A DNA stretch of 64,000 nt from a virus: IMG/VR virus record IMGVR_UViG_3300009788_000098, positions 1-64,000 of that record; one strand, 5' to 3'. Both the position numbers and the translations under genes were made by a program. Shown one piece after another: positions 46,685 to 56,310 of the stretch (positions are counted from its first letter, which is position 1; each line of letters opens with the position of its first letter). The notes under the pieces were generated by a model that was not told the DNA's origin, did not search any database, and was given only the letters and a program-made list of their open reading frames with translations.

Positions 46685-48216
46685 AAGTTTTATTGGGTGA
46701 CCTGCGCCACAAGACCATAGGCGCACACTCCATGCTTGTGCCGCTAGGAATTGGGTACGTTGCTGCGTATGCTAAGGACAGAAACGCAATAGAAATCCGT
46801 ATGCGTACTGACCCAGAACTTGCACTACAAGACATCACAGATTGGCAGCCAGACGTTATCGGGTTGGCGAACTTTGTCTGGAACGCGGGACTCAACGAAA
46901 TGGTTTACACATATGCCAAGGAACTCAACCCGAAAGTGGTAACCGTTGGCGGGGGGCCAGAGTTTTCTACAGGTTGTGACTTCTACGCCTATTACGAGGG
47001 GGAGGTGGCATTTACAGAGCTAATTAGAAACCTCATTGCAGGCATGGATGCACCGCACCGAGGGTTTGCCCCTGGGGGTGTGCCATTGCCACGCATCAAA
47101 AATCTTGACACTATCCCATCCCCCTACCTTGCTGGACTTTTAGATCAATGGCTTGATGGCACTCATATTCCTATAATACAAACAACTCGTGGATGTCCAT
47201 ACAGTTGTGGTTTTTGCAAGGAGGGTGCGGATGACCATCGCACGGTTGCTCGTTTTAGTTTAGAGCGTGTCAAAGAAGAACTCAACTATATCGCAGATAA
47301 GTTGCCAGAACTGCCCGAGCTTCAGATTGCAGATAGTAATTTCGGTCTATCGAGGCACGATGAGGATGTAGCAATGCACTTGCGTTGGTTGCAGGACAAT
47401 CGCAACTGGTGGCCTGTTATCAAGGCAGGAACTCACCGTGTCAACGATAGAGTTGTACGCATTGCGTCAATAGTGCGGAACAAGCTAGTGGCAGCAGGAT
47501 CATTACAGTCGCTCAACGAGGAAACCTTACATATCATCAGCCGCGAGAATGTTCCCTTTGAGGAATATTGCAAGCACGCTGAGACATTCAAGAAGCAGCA
47601 CAATCCGCTCATTGCAGAGCTGATTGTGCCATTGCCAGCAGAGACAAAGAAGTCGTTCTTTACGGGAGTAAGGAAGATGATGGGTGCGTCCATAAACAAC
47701 TTCTATCCGTACACACTCATGTTTCTGAAAGGGACGGCTATTTGCGAGATGCGCGAGAAGTACAGTATGGTGTCACGGTTTAGACTGTTGCCCAACCAAT
47801 TTGGGGAATACAACGGGAAGAAAGTCTTTGAACTAGAAGAAGTGTGCGTTGCCACAAATACAATGTCATTTGAAGATTACTTGGACTGTCGTGGGTTCAT
47901 GTTTGTTTGTCTCCTGTTGATGGACGCACGATTAGGTTGGTTCAGGCAGGACATTGATGATTATTTCAGCTTTGCAGTTCAGTTCTGGGAAGAGTTGCCG
48001 AACACAGATACTACTTTTGCTAGAATATATAAGGACTTTATGCTAGAAGCTAAGACAGAACTGTGGGATACGCGAGAAGCGTTTGTTGAACATTTCTCAA
48101 AGGATGAGAATTACGAACTATTGCTACAGGGCAATCTTGGGGATAACCTCTTCCGCAAGTACAGGGCAATAGGATTTATCTCTCTTATAGATACGCTTTA
48201 TGAGGCAGCAAAATGA
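46681..48216 (+). CDS. B12-binding radical SAM protein
   Basis: PLGIGYVAAY, VGGGPE, TTRGCPYSCGFC, ADSNFG. Confidence 0.9.
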   Translation: MKVLLGDLRHKTIGAHSMLVPLGIGYVAAYAKDRNAIEIRMRTDPELALQDITDWQPDVIGLANFVWNAGLNEMVYTYAKELNPKVVTVGGGPEFSTGCDFYAYYEGEVAFTELIRNLIAGMDAPHRGFAPGGVPLPRIKNLDTIPSPYLAGLLDQWLDGTHIPIIQTTRGCPYSCGFCKEGADDHRTVARFSLERVKEELNYIADKLPELPELQIADSNFGLSRHDEDVAMHLRWLQDNRNWWPVIKAGTHRVNDRVVRIASIVRNKLVAAGSLQSLNEETLHIISRENVPFEEYCKHAETFKKQHNPLIAELIVPLPAETKKSFFTGVRKMMGASINNFYPYTLMFLKGTAICEMREKYSMVSRFRLLPNQFGEYNGKKVFELEEVCVATNTMSFEDYLDCRGFMFVCLLLMDARLGWFRQDIDDYFSFAVQFWEELPNTDTTFARIYKDFMLEAKTELWDTREAFVEHFSKDENYELLLQGNLGDNLFRKYRAIGFISLIDTLYEAAK

Positions 48217-49187
48217 ATATCTTGGTAGCTGGAATTGGCGGGGCTTCTTTAGGGACTGAGATTATAAAGAGCTTGCAACACGCTGGCAAGTACACTGTGT
48301 ACGGTTGTGACATTTCCGAGTACGCCTATGGGCATTTTCAGGGGATACAGACCTTCAATGTGTCCAAGGAAAGGTATATCGAAGACGTGAAAGCAATATG
48401 CAAGCGTTATGATATTGATGCGATTATACCAGGCGCAGAGGGGTCGTTGAAGTTGCTGATAGAAGCAACAATCAATGCGCATATAGCATCTAACTCATTG
48501 GAAGTAGTTGACATTTGTTCAAACAAAGATATGTTATTTAGGCGGCTCAAACGATTGAAATTGCCAACACCATTTACAACTGTTATCACTAATCCTATTC
48601 AAGTGTTAGACGTTCCATATCCGTGTGTTATAAAACCTGCTACAGGGACAGGAGGCAGTCACCTTGTATTCTTGGCATCTGCCACAGAGGAAGCTGTCTT
48701 GTATACTAGTTATGTTCTGAAACACACAGAAATAGTTATGTTGCAAGAGTACATCCCACTGGACGAAGGTGAATTCACAGTTGGTGTTCTAACGCTGGGC
48801 AACAAGACACATTCTATTGCAATGCAACGTCTATTCCACTCTAAATTATCTATCAGAAGCGAGACAGAACATGGTCTAATCTCCAGTGGGTATAGCCAGG
48901 GTGTCATTGACGACTTCCCCGAAATAAGAAAGCAGGCAGAGGTCTACGCACAAGCACTAGGGAGTACAGGGCCGATGAACATCCAGGGGCGTGTCAAAGA
49001 TGGTGTTCTATACCCGTTTGAAATCAACCCACGGTTCTCGGCATCGACTTACTTGCGTACTCTAGCGGGATTCAACGAGATTGACATGTATTTGCAGTTC
49101 GTGCTGAATGAGGTTAGTCCACCTGAAACACCTATCAAGCGTGGTCTTTATTTGCGTAGTTTTACAGAAGTAGTGACGGAAAAATGA
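48213..49187 (+). CDS. ATP-grasp ligase
   Basis: VIKPATGTGG, QEYIP, FEINPRFS. Confidence 0.85.
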   Translation: MNILVAGIGGASLGTEIIKSLQHAGKYTVYGCDISEYAYGHFQGIQTFNVSKERYIEDVKAICKRYDIDAIIPGAEGSLKLLIEATINAHIASNSLEVVDICSNKDMLFRRLKRLKLPTPFTTVITNPIQVLDVPYPCVIKPATGTGGSHLVFLASATEEAVLYTSYVLKHTEIVMLQEYIPLDEGEFTVGVLTLGNKTHSIAMQRLFHSKLSIRSETEHGLISSGYSQGVIDDFPEIRKQAEVYAQALGSTGPMNIQGRVKDGVLYPFEINPRFSASTYLRTLAGFNEIDMYLQFVLNEVSPPETPIKRGLYLRSFTEVVTEK

Positions 49188-49378
49188 AATACTCAAGAGC
49201 AGTCAAGTTGGCAGTTGAGTGCATTGACAAAGAAATCCAACGCGGGGCTGTTGAAGCCAACTTGCATGATATATACAAAGCAACGTATTCTGCCGCTGTT
49301 AGATTGTCCAAGCGCCGTAAGGCACTGAAAGAGGCGAAAGAATGCTTGCTTGGTCAACTACCGCTATCAAGGTCTTGA
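49184..49378 (+). CDS. small basic protein, paralog of the 36090 ORF
   Basis: Aligns by eye with the 36090 ORF; ends GQLPLSRS. Confidence 0.6.
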   Translation: MKYSRAVKLAVECIDKEIQRGAVEANLHDIYKATYSAAVRLSKRRKALKEAKECLLGQLPLSRS

Positions 49379-49403
49379 CAATTTGCATACAATAGTGTAT
49401 AAT
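49375..49403 (+). promoter_or_regulatory. consensus promoter
   Basis: TTGACA-17-TATAAT. Confidence 0.85.
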
Positions 49404-49423
49404 AGGGGAAAGGAGAACAAACT

Positions 49424-49735
49424 ATGATTGAACCGAAACAAACCAGGAGACCGCTCCGAGATCGTGACGAGAAGTGTACAGAGGTAAAAAAGATAGTCCG
49501 TGTGTACATGACAGAACAGGGTGGCGTACAGGTATCGTTGCGCATGTTCGCTGAGATGCTGAACGAGCCGTTTACAGAGCAAGGGCTGACAGGGTGTTCG
49601 CATCAGACTATCCATAACTGGATACATCAGAAGCACCTCCCGTTACCCCGCTGGATGGAACAGTTGAAATACTTTGCACAGCCCGAAGATTGGCAGTACA
49701 AGTTTGCTTGCGATCTTGAGATGGCAGCAATCTAA
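49424..49735 (+). CDS. XRE-like HTH DNA-binding protein
   Basis: SLRMFAEML...SHQTIHNW...HLP. Confidence 0.6.
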   Translation: MIEPKQTRRPLRDRDEKCTEVKKIVRVYMTEQGGVQVSLRMFAEMLNEPFTEQGLTGCSHQTIHNWIHQKHLPLPRWMEQLKYFAQPEDWQYKFACDLEMAAI

Positions 49736-49893
49736 TGGCTACAGCAATCTTCAAGTGTACGTGTACCAATCCCTATCAAGACCGTATATACGGTATTGGC
49801 AAACGCGTCTACAACAGCAAGAAAGAGGGCGGTCAATGGCGTTGCACAGTGTGCAAGAAAGAGTACACGGGCAAGGTAGAACAGTTGTCCTAA
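49735..49893 (+). CDS. 52-aa Zn-ribbon protein
   Basis: MATAIFKCTC...WRCTVCKK; not in the ORF track. Confidence 0.6.
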   Translation: MATAIFKCTCTNPYQDRIYGIGKRVYNSKKEGGQWRCTVCKKEYTGKVEQLS

Positions 49894-49925
49894 AAACATT
49901 GTCCTAATGGAAATAGTATGTTACA

Positions 49926-50168
49926 ATGGGGGTCATGCCGAAGTATTTTATCAGATATATCAACCTAGTACATAAACTCCCCCCGTTGAATGACCAGCGC
50001 CATAGGCAGATACTACACGATACTTACCAAGCTATTGACAAGCCAGATGAGGTGCTGGAACTTGATGAGTTGATTGGGGAGTTACAAGGGTTGGGGGATG
50101 TGAGCGTTGCAGAACTGCTAACGAAACTGTCTATCTTCGTTTACATGTCGATGGACAAAACCAACTAA
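49926..50168 (+). CDS. hypothetical protein
   Basis: ORF track; last plus-strand gene before the strand switch. Confidence 0.55.
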   Translation: MGVMPKYFIRYINLVHKLPPLNDQRHRQILHDTYQAIDKPDEVLELDELIGELQGLGDVSVAELLTKLSIFVYMSMDKTN

Positions 50169-50557
50169 CCATCTAATTCTTCAGGACGCGGGTGAGGCTC
50201 AATGTCGTGTGAGCGCAATTGTTCAATAAGCTCGTCAATGTATTCTTCATAGTGACGTTGCCTAGTCTGCAATCGTTTGACACGAGCATCTAGTTTAGCA
50301 GTCTTGGCCTGTTCAACCTTGAAGTTGATATTCAGTTCATTAGTCGTGGTTATGAGGTGCGTTACTTGCTCTTGTAGCTCATCTATGATGCCGCGGTAGG
50401 TATCCCCCTGTATCTGTGTTACCTCAGCCTCAATCTTCTTGATGTCAACAGGTTGTTTTCGCACATTGATGAATATTTGTACTGCCTGTGCGATAAGTGC
50501 CACTACCCCCGATATACCACCAATTATTATTGCTAACATGCTCGTTTCATTGTTCAT
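50165..50557 (-). CDS. membrane-anchored coiled-coil protein (holin/lysis accessory-like)
   Basis: One N-terminal TM plus coiled coil, at the end of the tail operon. Confidence 0.6.
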   Translation of the reverse strand: MNNETSMLAIIIGGISGVVALIAQAVQIFINVRKQPVDIKKIEAEVTQIQGDTYRGIIDELQEQVTHLITTTNELNINFKVEQAKTAKLDARVKRLQTRQRHYEEYIDELIEQLRSHDIEPHPRPEELDG

Positions 50558-50589
50558 AGTGTCCTCTATTATAGCACTCATTTGTGTAG

Positions 50590-50835
50590 TTATGTACCCT
50601 TTAAAATTGCCACATCTACTTCTAGCACAGTAACGCGTTCTGACAAAGTTGGAACATATGGCAATGGCTCTGGCGGGAAATCAGTTAATTTTCCATCAAC
50701 AATAGTGTGTGTTTTAAAGTCTGGGATATATTCTAGTTGAATAATTGCTTCATTTTCTCCGCATTCTCCGACTTCTCCAAAATTGCCTTCTAAAAGTTTG
50801 CCTGAAACTGTGTTGTATCTAATATTAGCTTTCAT
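50590..50835 (-). CDS. tail fibre chaperone-like small protein
   Basis: Follows fibre genes; PTLSERVTVLE C-terminus. Confidence 0.55.
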   Translation of the reverse strand: MKANIRYNTVSGKLLEGNFGEVGECGENEAIIQLEYIPDFKTHTIVDGKLTDFPPEPLPYVPTLSERVTVLEVDVAILKGT

Positions 50836-50837
50836 AA

Positions 50838-51839
50838 CTATAATTCCTCTATATAGCCAATTGCATAAAGATAAGCATCACAAGAAGCATTTAATACTTT
50901 ATACATTAGTGCTTGGTTTGGGCTAAGAGGCAAAAAACCACTTGAAGTAGTTTGGAAACCTCCTACAGCAAATAGCAATCCTGTGAGATCAGGTGATTCG
51001 ATGGGTTTTACATAAACTAAAGCTTGGTTAACTGCTGCGGCAGGAGGAAAATCAGCAAATAGCAACAAAAACGAGCGCAAACTATATGGAGGAATATAGT
51101 TAGAAGCAGCTACTCTTGTCCAAGCAACAGAACTTCCTGCTGCAAGTATTATAACGGGGTCTCTGGCATCGTGAGAGACGAATCCACACATATTTCTTTG
51201 AAATTTCATTATCTGCGTACTTGCATTTAATCTAATTGCACCTACGCATCTATACCATGTGCCGTTTACTTTTCTATATCTTGGCACTCCGTGAACAATT
51301 GTAAGATAATCATTGTCCGCTGCATCTACATCGTTGACCTCAACTGTAATATTGTTTCCCACGGTATCTATGGAAATGACTGTCCACCCCCCTCTAACAG
51401 TAGAGAATGTGATATCTGTCCATCCTCGGAGTATGTCGCCCGGCTCAACATCGTTTTCGCCTGTATCATTATCATAGCTTAATATCACGGCATTAGCAGC
51501 AGGGTTTGCATCTAGTTGAGCATCAAATACAGTTGTCTCAATAGTCGTGGGATACAGAGGTGGTTCATCGTACAGCAATGCTGCCCATCTGTTATCGCTA
51601 TCATTGTATACATATACATACAGCCATGTATCAGCAGCACTTAAATCAGCCCCGCCAATATAACTCGCTCCTACGCCAATATCTAATTCATCTGTATCAT
51701 TAGCTTCTGTTAGCGGAAAGCCCGACATGCTTATTTCCCCTTTCATCACACGAATTTTATCTGTGTCCGTATAGTAAGGTAACACCCCATCTCGGTAGTG
51801 CAAGTTGATATTATTTACTGCATTTTGGTACACTGTCAT
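50838..51839 (-). CDS. tail fibre / receptor-binding-like protein
   Basis: Beta-rich; YRCVGAIR; AIGYIEEL ending; position. Confidence 0.6.
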   Translation of the reverse strand: MTVYQNAVNNINLHYRDGVLPYYTDTDKIRVMKGEISMSGFPLTEANDTDELDIGVGASYIGGADLSAADTWLYVYVYNDSDNRWAALLYDEPPLYPTTIETTVFDAQLDANPAANAVILSYDNDTGENDVEPGDILRGWTDITFSTVRGGWTVISIDTVGNNITVEVNDVDAADNDYLTIVHGVPRYRKVNGTWYRCVGAIRLNASTQIMKFQRNMCGFVSHDARDPVIILAAGSSVAWTRVAASNYIPPYSLRSFLLLFADFPPAAAVNQALVYVKPIESPDLTGLLFAVGGFQTTSSGFLPLSPNQALMYKVLNASCDAYLYAIGYIEEL

Positions 51840-52918
51840 TATATTACCTGTAGATTTCCAATCGAACTAAGAACGACCCAAGTTGTGTCCGCGGTAATAC
51901 ATAGAAGTTCTACTGCATCATATTGTAGAGAAGAGTCCAGACTTCCTCCCGCGCCCGCAGTTGTACTCAAACTTCCATAATGTATTGTTTCACCTGCGTT
52001 CTGAGCAACTCGCCATCCGCCAGCACCTTTGCCTGCAATTCTTACTATTGATCCTAGAGCGGCGACATTGGGCAATGTTACAGTTACCAACGCGGCGTTG
52101 TTGCAAATATAACCATTGTCAACGGCAGCGGCTTGTGCTACGCCCACAACTTCGTTCCAGGTTATGCCACCACCAGTACCCAAGTTTTGACTCATTGCAC
52201 GCCATCTGCTTGACGTAGTATCGTACTGCAATATGGTCATGCCGTCATCTTCTAGCGTTATATCGTCAGTAAGTGCAAATCTGTTAGCCGCCGCTGATGC
52301 TACATCCTCGTCTGTCAGTGTAAGGTCATTTGCACCGATATTGTGGATAATCAGTATCCTGCCATCAGAGCCACCTTGCAAACCAGTAATACTCCATGCG
52401 GCGTTAGTTGACAACCTTAGCGTAGATGCACTTGCTAAGTTAGCAGGGTTGTAGTCATCTTCATCAGCAACTATCTGCGCAGGTGTAATGTCCCCACTGA
52501 ACTGCCATCCATCAGTAGCGTCTACTGTCGTATTCGTGTCGCTTGAGAGCGAGTCTAGGCTAATATCGCCCACATTTGTAATGTCGAAGTCTCCGTGTGA
52601 CTGGTTAGCAACCCATGTTACAGTTCCATCATCTAGTATTGCATTGGCAGGCCCAACTGAAAGACTGTGCCATGCTCCGTTATAGAATATCTTATACGTG
52701 AAGTCGTTGCTATTGTATACCCTGCGCCCATCCCAACTATTGCCAGCCCCATAGTCGCCAGCAGTAGTCTTAATTTCTATGTCATCACGAGCGATCATGC
52801 CTTCAACCAGTACAAGGCGCTTCTTCAAATCGACCACCTGTTGAACAAGTGACTTCGCGACGTTAGTTTGATCCTCACGTCGCCTTTCAGTTGCAAAATC
52901 TGAGAACTGGTCTGTCAT
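51839..52918 (-). CDS. tail fibre / minor tail protein
   Basis: N-terminal coiled coil, Gly/Ala/Thr-rich beta modules, YDAVELLC...WVVLSS. Confidence 0.65.
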   Translation of the reverse strand: MTDQFSDFATERRREDQTNVAKSLVQQVVDLKKRLVLVEGMIARDDIEIKTTAGDYGAGNSWDGRRVYNSNDFTYKIFYNGAWHSLSVGPANAILDDGTVTWVANQSHGDFDITNVGDISLDSLSSDTNTTVDATDGWQFSGDITPAQIVADEDDYNPANLASASTLRLSTNAAWSITGLQGGSDGRILIIHNIGANDLTLTDEDVASAAANRFALTDDITLEDDGMTILQYDTTSSRWRAMSQNLGTGGGITWNEVVGVAQAAAVDNGYICNNAALVTVTLPNVAALGSIVRIAGKGAGGWRVAQNAGETIHYGSLSTTAGAGGSLDSSLQYDAVELLCITADTTWVVLSSIGNLQVI

Positions 52919-52919
52919 A

Positions 52920-54071
52920 TTATTTGTCCATGAACTCTGTGCGAATAATCTCGCCTTCGGCATTTTGCGAGACTGTGGCTTGCAAACTTACCAACTTCTT
53001 TGAAGCTGAGTAATCCTTGTAGCGAACTGTTACCAAATCTCCCCAAGTGTAGTGTTTGCCATAGTAAGTAGCTTCCGTTTGCAATACATCAAAAGTCAGC
53101 ATCTCGTCAAACTTGCCTTCTTCTAATCTAGCTTCTGCTGCCGAGGTTAGTTGTCCTGACTGATCGTCACCCGAAGTTGCCGTGTTGACAATCATCTCAA
53201 TTCTGTTCCAAGGCGAATCGTTTATATCAACACTTGTTGCAAGTTCAATTTGCTGTGCCGCGTCTGTTCCCCTTCCTAGTGCGTAAACAGCAGTTATCTC
53301 GTTTGTTCTGTCCTGTTTCAACATAGGAGTGTCCATGTTGGCAAAATCAGTAGAGAATATTACAGGGTCATTGCTGTCAGGGTTTCCCTGTGTGCGATCT
53401 GTTCCTCTCTGTCCCGCGTAGGTGCGAAACTCAAACACTGCATTTCCAGCACTTACGATATCAAAATCAATCACATTGCTGTTCTCAACAGTAAACAGAC
53501 CAATACGTTGCAACGTCGCAAGAAGATTATCGTTCTCCATGCTATCTTCCCACGTTGGGCCGCCAGCACCATCTGCTTGGACTATCAGCCCTGGGTATAC
53601 ATTGCTTGCTATCCTGCCAGCTCCCACCAAGGCATCAGCCCCGATGTTCTCAATAACTAACTCTTTCATCACAGTTTCGGCAACAGCGTTCTTGGTCGCC
53701 TCTGCTGTGCCTGCGCGCCACATGATATATGCCCGTCTAGCAAGGTCGAGATAGCTAAATCCATATGCAACAAACGAGTCCTTATCGTTTACAGGTTGCA
53801 AGAGATCATTGGTTGACCGATGGAGACCTTCCCATTCTTTATACCACGGGAGGTCAACTTTTAGATTTTGTCTCCATATCTCAATTTGCCCGTCCAGCTC
53901 AAACAAATCAACACGGCTATCGTTGCCGTCAATCTCAAGGCGCATGTTCCCCCTGTTATTTACTTTGTGCGCAAATGCTAACGAGCGCCAAGCATCAAAC
54001 TCTGCAACCAGAAGCCCCCCTTGGTCTTTGAGGCGCACCTTATACTCAGCTTGACCGGGCGAACTTGGCAT
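52920..54071 (-). CDS. siphovirus minor tail protein (ReqiPepy6 Gp37-like)
   Basis: GTDRT...VIFS, AVYALGRG, YGKHYTWGDLVTV. Confidence 0.75.
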   Translation of the reverse strand: MPSSPGQAEYKVRLKDQGGLLVAEFDAWRSLAFAHKVNNRGNMRLEIDGNDSRVDLFELDGQIEIWRQNLKVDLPWYKEWEGLHRSTNDLLQPVNDKDSFVAYGFSYLDLARRAYIMWRAGTAEATKNAVAETVMKELVIENIGADALVGAGRIASNVYPGLIVQADGAGGPTWEDSMENDNLLATLQRIGLFTVENSNVIDFDIVSAGNAVFEFRTYAGQRGTDRTQGNPDSNDPVIFSTDFANMDTPMLKQDRTNEITAVYALGRGTDAAQQIELATSVDINDSPWNRIEMIVNTATSGDDQSGQLTSAAEARLEEGKFDEMLTFDVLQTEATYYGKHYTWGDLVTVRYKDYSASKKLVSLQATVSQNAEGEIIRTEFMDK

Positions 54072-54074
54072 GTT

Positions 54075-55364
54075 TTAGTGTTCGCCTGTTAGTGTCCATC
54101 CTGCCTGTTCGGAAGTTCCACCGTTATCACCATAGAATGTTGAGTTACCTGCACCACTGTTCTGTGTGATAACTTGTGCATAGTGATATCCAATTCCAGT
54201 AAATTGAACCCAACTTGCACTCATATGTTCCATTGAACCAGCAACATTGATAACACCTGTGCTAGATTCGGTTGGCACAAAAGCTACTCCATCTGATGTA
54301 ACAGAACATTTTGGATTTTCGTCTTCAGCAAGCATATGAACAACCGCATTTTTAGAAACTGCACCAACTATTCCACCTATCAAGAAATGGAACTGCCATG
54401 CAGTCGCACCACCATTAGCAGCAACCCACGCAGCATTGTTGAGTAACCAATTATCAGTTGCGTCACGCCTGTAGTCGGTGTACCCAATGCGATTGTACAT
54501 ATTCCACAAGAATCTTCCTTGTACAGTTGGATGGTCATTGAATTCTACAGAAGCATCCGTTCTAACAGTTCCAAGATATAATCGTGTAATGTCAGCAGTT
54601 TCGACAAGTGCACCATCGCTCCACGAGATTGCATCAGCACGCGCTACATCACTTGCCCAAGCAGCACTAAATTCTAATGCTAAATTCTCGTTAGCATCTA
54701 AATATCCAAACACATCATAGTTTGTATTAATTGCCAATGCGCCATTTCCAATGCTCGGTTCAGTGAAATTGATTGTTCTCCATCCGCCACGCGCATCAGG
54801 AAGCGTAATCAGATTCCCTGAATAGGGTGTGAAGTATAAAGTTGTTTGCGCCGTTCTGGTCGGCTGATTAGGAACACCTGTTAGAAGTGACAATCTTCCT
54901 TGTACATGTCGCGGGAAAGGAGCAAATTTACGCGTATCAACTAGATTAGTAACATTTCCAGCAGCGTCCAAGTCAAATTGTGCTAGTGGTATCTCCCACA
55001 ACACTCCATCATCGTGTGTCAATGCACCTATGCGCGTATCTACTCTTACAGTCTGAGTAGCCCAGTCTTTTGCCAGCACAGTGAGATATGCTCCCGCCGC
55101 GGCAGCAGGCATCACTTCATCTACACTGGCAGTGTTGATATAATATGTCCCATCTACCCATGCGGCACCAGAATTTACATGAATGCTATCAGGCGGCACA
55201 GCAGTAGTGGTAACTTCTAAACTGTTCAATACGCCACTCAGCACGCCAGTATTGCTCAAGTTTTGTGCCTGTGAATGGCTATATAATGTGCCCCATTCTT
55301 GGAACGTGTAAGGGCCAGCGTCGCCTAGTGCGTCGTCAAACCAAGGGTATGAATTCTCTGCCAT
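54075..55364 (-). CDS. baseplate / minor tail protein
   Basis: VNSGAAWVDG, WEIPLA, DTRKF, RFLWNMYNR. Confidence 0.7.
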   Translation of the reverse strand: MAENSYPWFDDALGDAGPYTFQEWGTLYSHSQAQNLSNTGVLSGVLNSLEVTTTAVPPDSIHVNSGAAWVDGTYYINTASVDEVMPAAAAGAYLTVLAKDWATQTVRVDTRIGALTHDDGVLWEIPLAQFDLDAAGNVTNLVDTRKFAPFPRHVQGRLSLLTGVPNQPTRTAQTTLYFTPYSGNLITLPDARGGWRTINFTEPSIGNGALAINTNYDVFGYLDANENLALEFSAAWASDVARADAISWSDGALVETADITRLYLGTVRTDASVEFNDHPTVQGRFLWNMYNRIGYTDYRRDATDNWLLNNAAWVAANGGATAWQFHFLIGGIVGAVSKNAVVHMLAEDENPKCSVTSDGVAFVPTESSTGVINVAGSMEHMSASWVQFTGIGYHYAQVITQNSGAGNSTFYGDNGGTSEQAGWTLTGEH

Positions 55365-55374
55365 AATCTATCTC

Positions 55375-56310
55375 CTAGATACCTATGTATCTGTCAAACC
55401 AGCTCATTGTAATTGCAGTATTCTCATTAATATTAGACCCGCTTACGTTAATTGTATTCAGCCCATCGGTGGCAGTGGGGTCAACCTCCAACCTGAAATT
55501 GGCTAAATCGCTATCAGTTGATAGAAAACCTATCAAGTTGTCTCCATTGTTGTCTACAACGGTTTTGTTTCCGAACTCCAAACTTATTGTTGCTATTACA
55601 CCGGCATTAATTGTTGTGTTCAATTCTATTTTGGTGTTGATAGTGGCATTGGTAATAGATGGGTTCGTAATTGGCCCCGTGATGACAATAAGCGGAAATG
55701 TTTTGTACGTCCCAACTGTGGTAACACTTGTGCTCAATTGAATATCATCACTGTTAAACACAATTCCATCAGCGTCAAATGTTATCGGAAATACCAATTC
55801 GCCAAGTGCGACAAAGTTGACAAAACTTGCCGATTCCTGAATGGGGTTGAACAATACAGGATCGTGTGCAATAAACTGCACGACTGGCTGAACACTAAAT
55901 TCATCCCATTTTGCCGGGTTGTCATTGAACTGTAGTCCACTGCTGATAAGAACATTCAAGTCGCGTTGCGAGTTATCGGGCAATCTTTTCCGCAATATTC
56001 CAGTAGCGAATTCTGTAAGTGATTGCCTGTTAGGGCGCGTGACATTCAGTAATTCGGCACGCATGTCCCAATACTCTTGCCGAGAACATCCGTTGTGTCT
56101 ATGAATAAGCGTCAAAGTGCGTGGCTCAAGTACAAAGCCCAGTACAGTTTCGCCATCTTGGAAAGGGCCACGTTGTGTTCTGTAATTGATGCGTGGTAGA
56201 CCTAGCCCATTCGTTCCTGAGATAACGAATTTCTCCACACCATCGCGAAACTTGTACATCTCGCCGTCTGGTGCAATATACTCATCAAATTCTACTAGGG
56301 GTTGTCTCAT
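55375..56310 (-). CDS. distal tail protein (Dit)
   Basis: Immediately after the TMP; QDG...PRTLTL, FIAHDP, FPLIVITGPITNP. Confidence 0.75.
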   Translation of the reverse strand: MRQPLVEFDEYIAPDGEMYKFRDGVEKFVISGTNGLGLPRINYRTQRGPFQDGETVLGFVLEPRTLTLIHRHNGCSRQEYWDMRAELLNVTRPNRQSLTEFATGILRKRLPDNSQRDLNVLISSGLQFNDNPAKWDEFSVQPVVQFIAHDPVLFNPIQESASFVNFVALGELVFPITFDADGIVFNSDDIQLSTSVTTVGTYKTFPLIVITGPITNPSITNATINTKIELNTTINAGVIATISLEFGNKTVVDNNGDNLIGFLSTDSDLANFRLEVDPTATDGLNTINVSGSNINENTAITMSWFDRYIGI

